DNA from: Haplodiscus bocki
Lineage: Eukaryota
Direction of reading: 5' to 3'
Length of the DNA: 64,000 bases
Assembly: GCA_965655095.1 (NCBI GenBank)
Contig: OZ296651.1
Coordinates: 47,926,001-47,990,000 of the forward strand
How positions within the stretch are numbered: position 1 is the stretch's first letter; each line of letters begins with the position of its first letter. A program made the translations under genes and the position numbers. The notes below the pieces were generated by a model. It searched no databases and was not told the DNA's origin. It saw nothing but the letters and a program-made list of their open reading frames with translations. Positions 63,101 to 64,000 of the stretch are shown here, piece after piece.

Positions 63101-64000
63101 AGCACCACCAGAGGCACTCTGTTATACTTACTATCCGCCCTGTAATTTTATTTTGTTTTTCACAGTCCCGCTGTCTCTTGCTTATAGTAGCTTGAACGCC
63201 AGCTATTTTTTCGTTTTCAATCGGCTGTGTCAACACTTTCACACTGTCTTCTGCTTCACCTGCCACGATGTTTGCCACTGCTCGAGCTTCAATTCCAGCG
63301 GCATATTTTGCAACGTAACGTGGTGCCATATAGTCATCACAAATTTGGACATTTGCGCTTGACTGTGTAAGTGCGAACAGAGCCGCATTAGTGAGAGAAA
63401 AATGTTTGTTAAACACAGTTGGATAATGGTGTTTCCCACCTATCAATGGCGCTTTAGCCTTTGGCGTTAAAGTTTTTTCATCAATGTCTGCCAAACCTAT
63501 TTCTTGCAGCAAATTCCACGTTTCAGCGGAAAAATTGATGGGAACTTCTTTGAACAAGAAACATTGGGATGCCGGATACTTTGTGACACGGCAGATAGGC
63601 TGATTGAGGCTGTCTGTTTTCTTGTGGCATCGTTTACGGCCTTTGGTACAAATATGAACCTGATATTTTTGAAATAAATCGGCAAGCATCAAACGGTCGC
63701 CCTTGGTTAATGTGGGACAACTGATTTCCAAGGCACCTAAAAATGTTTCTTTCGAACAGCATATGCGAGATCGGACGTCAATCGAAAATTTATCTTCCGG
63801 AGTACACAATATTGCATGCAAGTTTGAAAACCCCGCAGTCTCCTCTTGCCATTCATATCTCATCCAAATGTGAGATACAGGTCCCAACGGACGTTTTGGT
63901 GATTTCTTTATCCATTCCATGACATACTGGAAAGCTCGATACCAGCACCTGAGCATTGGCATTAGTTCAACTTGAAATGCAGCTGACAATACTTCCTTTG
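60125..64000 (-). pseudogene. Decayed Rep-Pif1-GIY-YIG gene of a distant sister family (continues beyond the window)
   Basis: ORF pieces 62772-63989 (MRYEWQEETAGFSNLHAILC, YMAPRYVAKYAAG), 62350-62709, 61926-62588, 61615-61932 and 60208-61425 (QFPLKLFVASTIHKTMGETL, QLYVVMSRV, YIGSS..RRAREHNAG..RMPW). These are colinear with the B protein. Multiple frameshifts and stops. Confidence 0.9.

Noticed and set aside
1-64000. tRNA/rRNA genes or intact host genes
   Set aside because: None recognisable by eye; tRNAscan and Infernal were not run.

Overview
AT-rich eukaryotic (probably invertebrate animal; inferred) mobile-element region with no ordinary host gene. (1) About 1-20.8 kb is mostly a heavily decayed Polinton/Maverick (adintovirus-like) element: remnants of protein-primed PolB, packaging ATPase, two minor-capsid-like genes and a retroviral-like integrase. 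It carries a recent 4.4-kb tandem duplication and is interrupted by a MITE and a probable LTR-retrotransposon gag remnant. (2) 20,836-53,939 is an exact head-to-tail array of five rolling-circle (Helitron-like) elements: A1 (1,025 bp), B1 (15,059 bp), B2 (14,970 bp), A2 and A3 (1,025 bp each). All six boundaries carry the same motif, ACT(G/T)GG-TGGTCAGGG. The B elements encode a ~2,765-aa polyprotein with a hydrophobic leader, a 2A-like GIETNPGP motif, an NLS-like stretch, an OTU protease, an HUH Rep, a Pif1 helicase and a C-terminal SLX1-like GIY-YIG nuclease. They also carry an SGNH-hydrolase-like gene and a putative OB-fold gene. (3) From 53,940 there is a diverged homologue of the same left end, and at 60.1-64 kb a decayed minus-strand Rep-Pif1-GIY-YIG gene of a distant sister family. 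The candidate novel system is this GIY-YIG/2A-bearing Helitron-like family, which appears to stack at its own terminal motif together with non-autonomous 1-kb satellites. All protein assignments come from motif recognition by eye; no database search was run.
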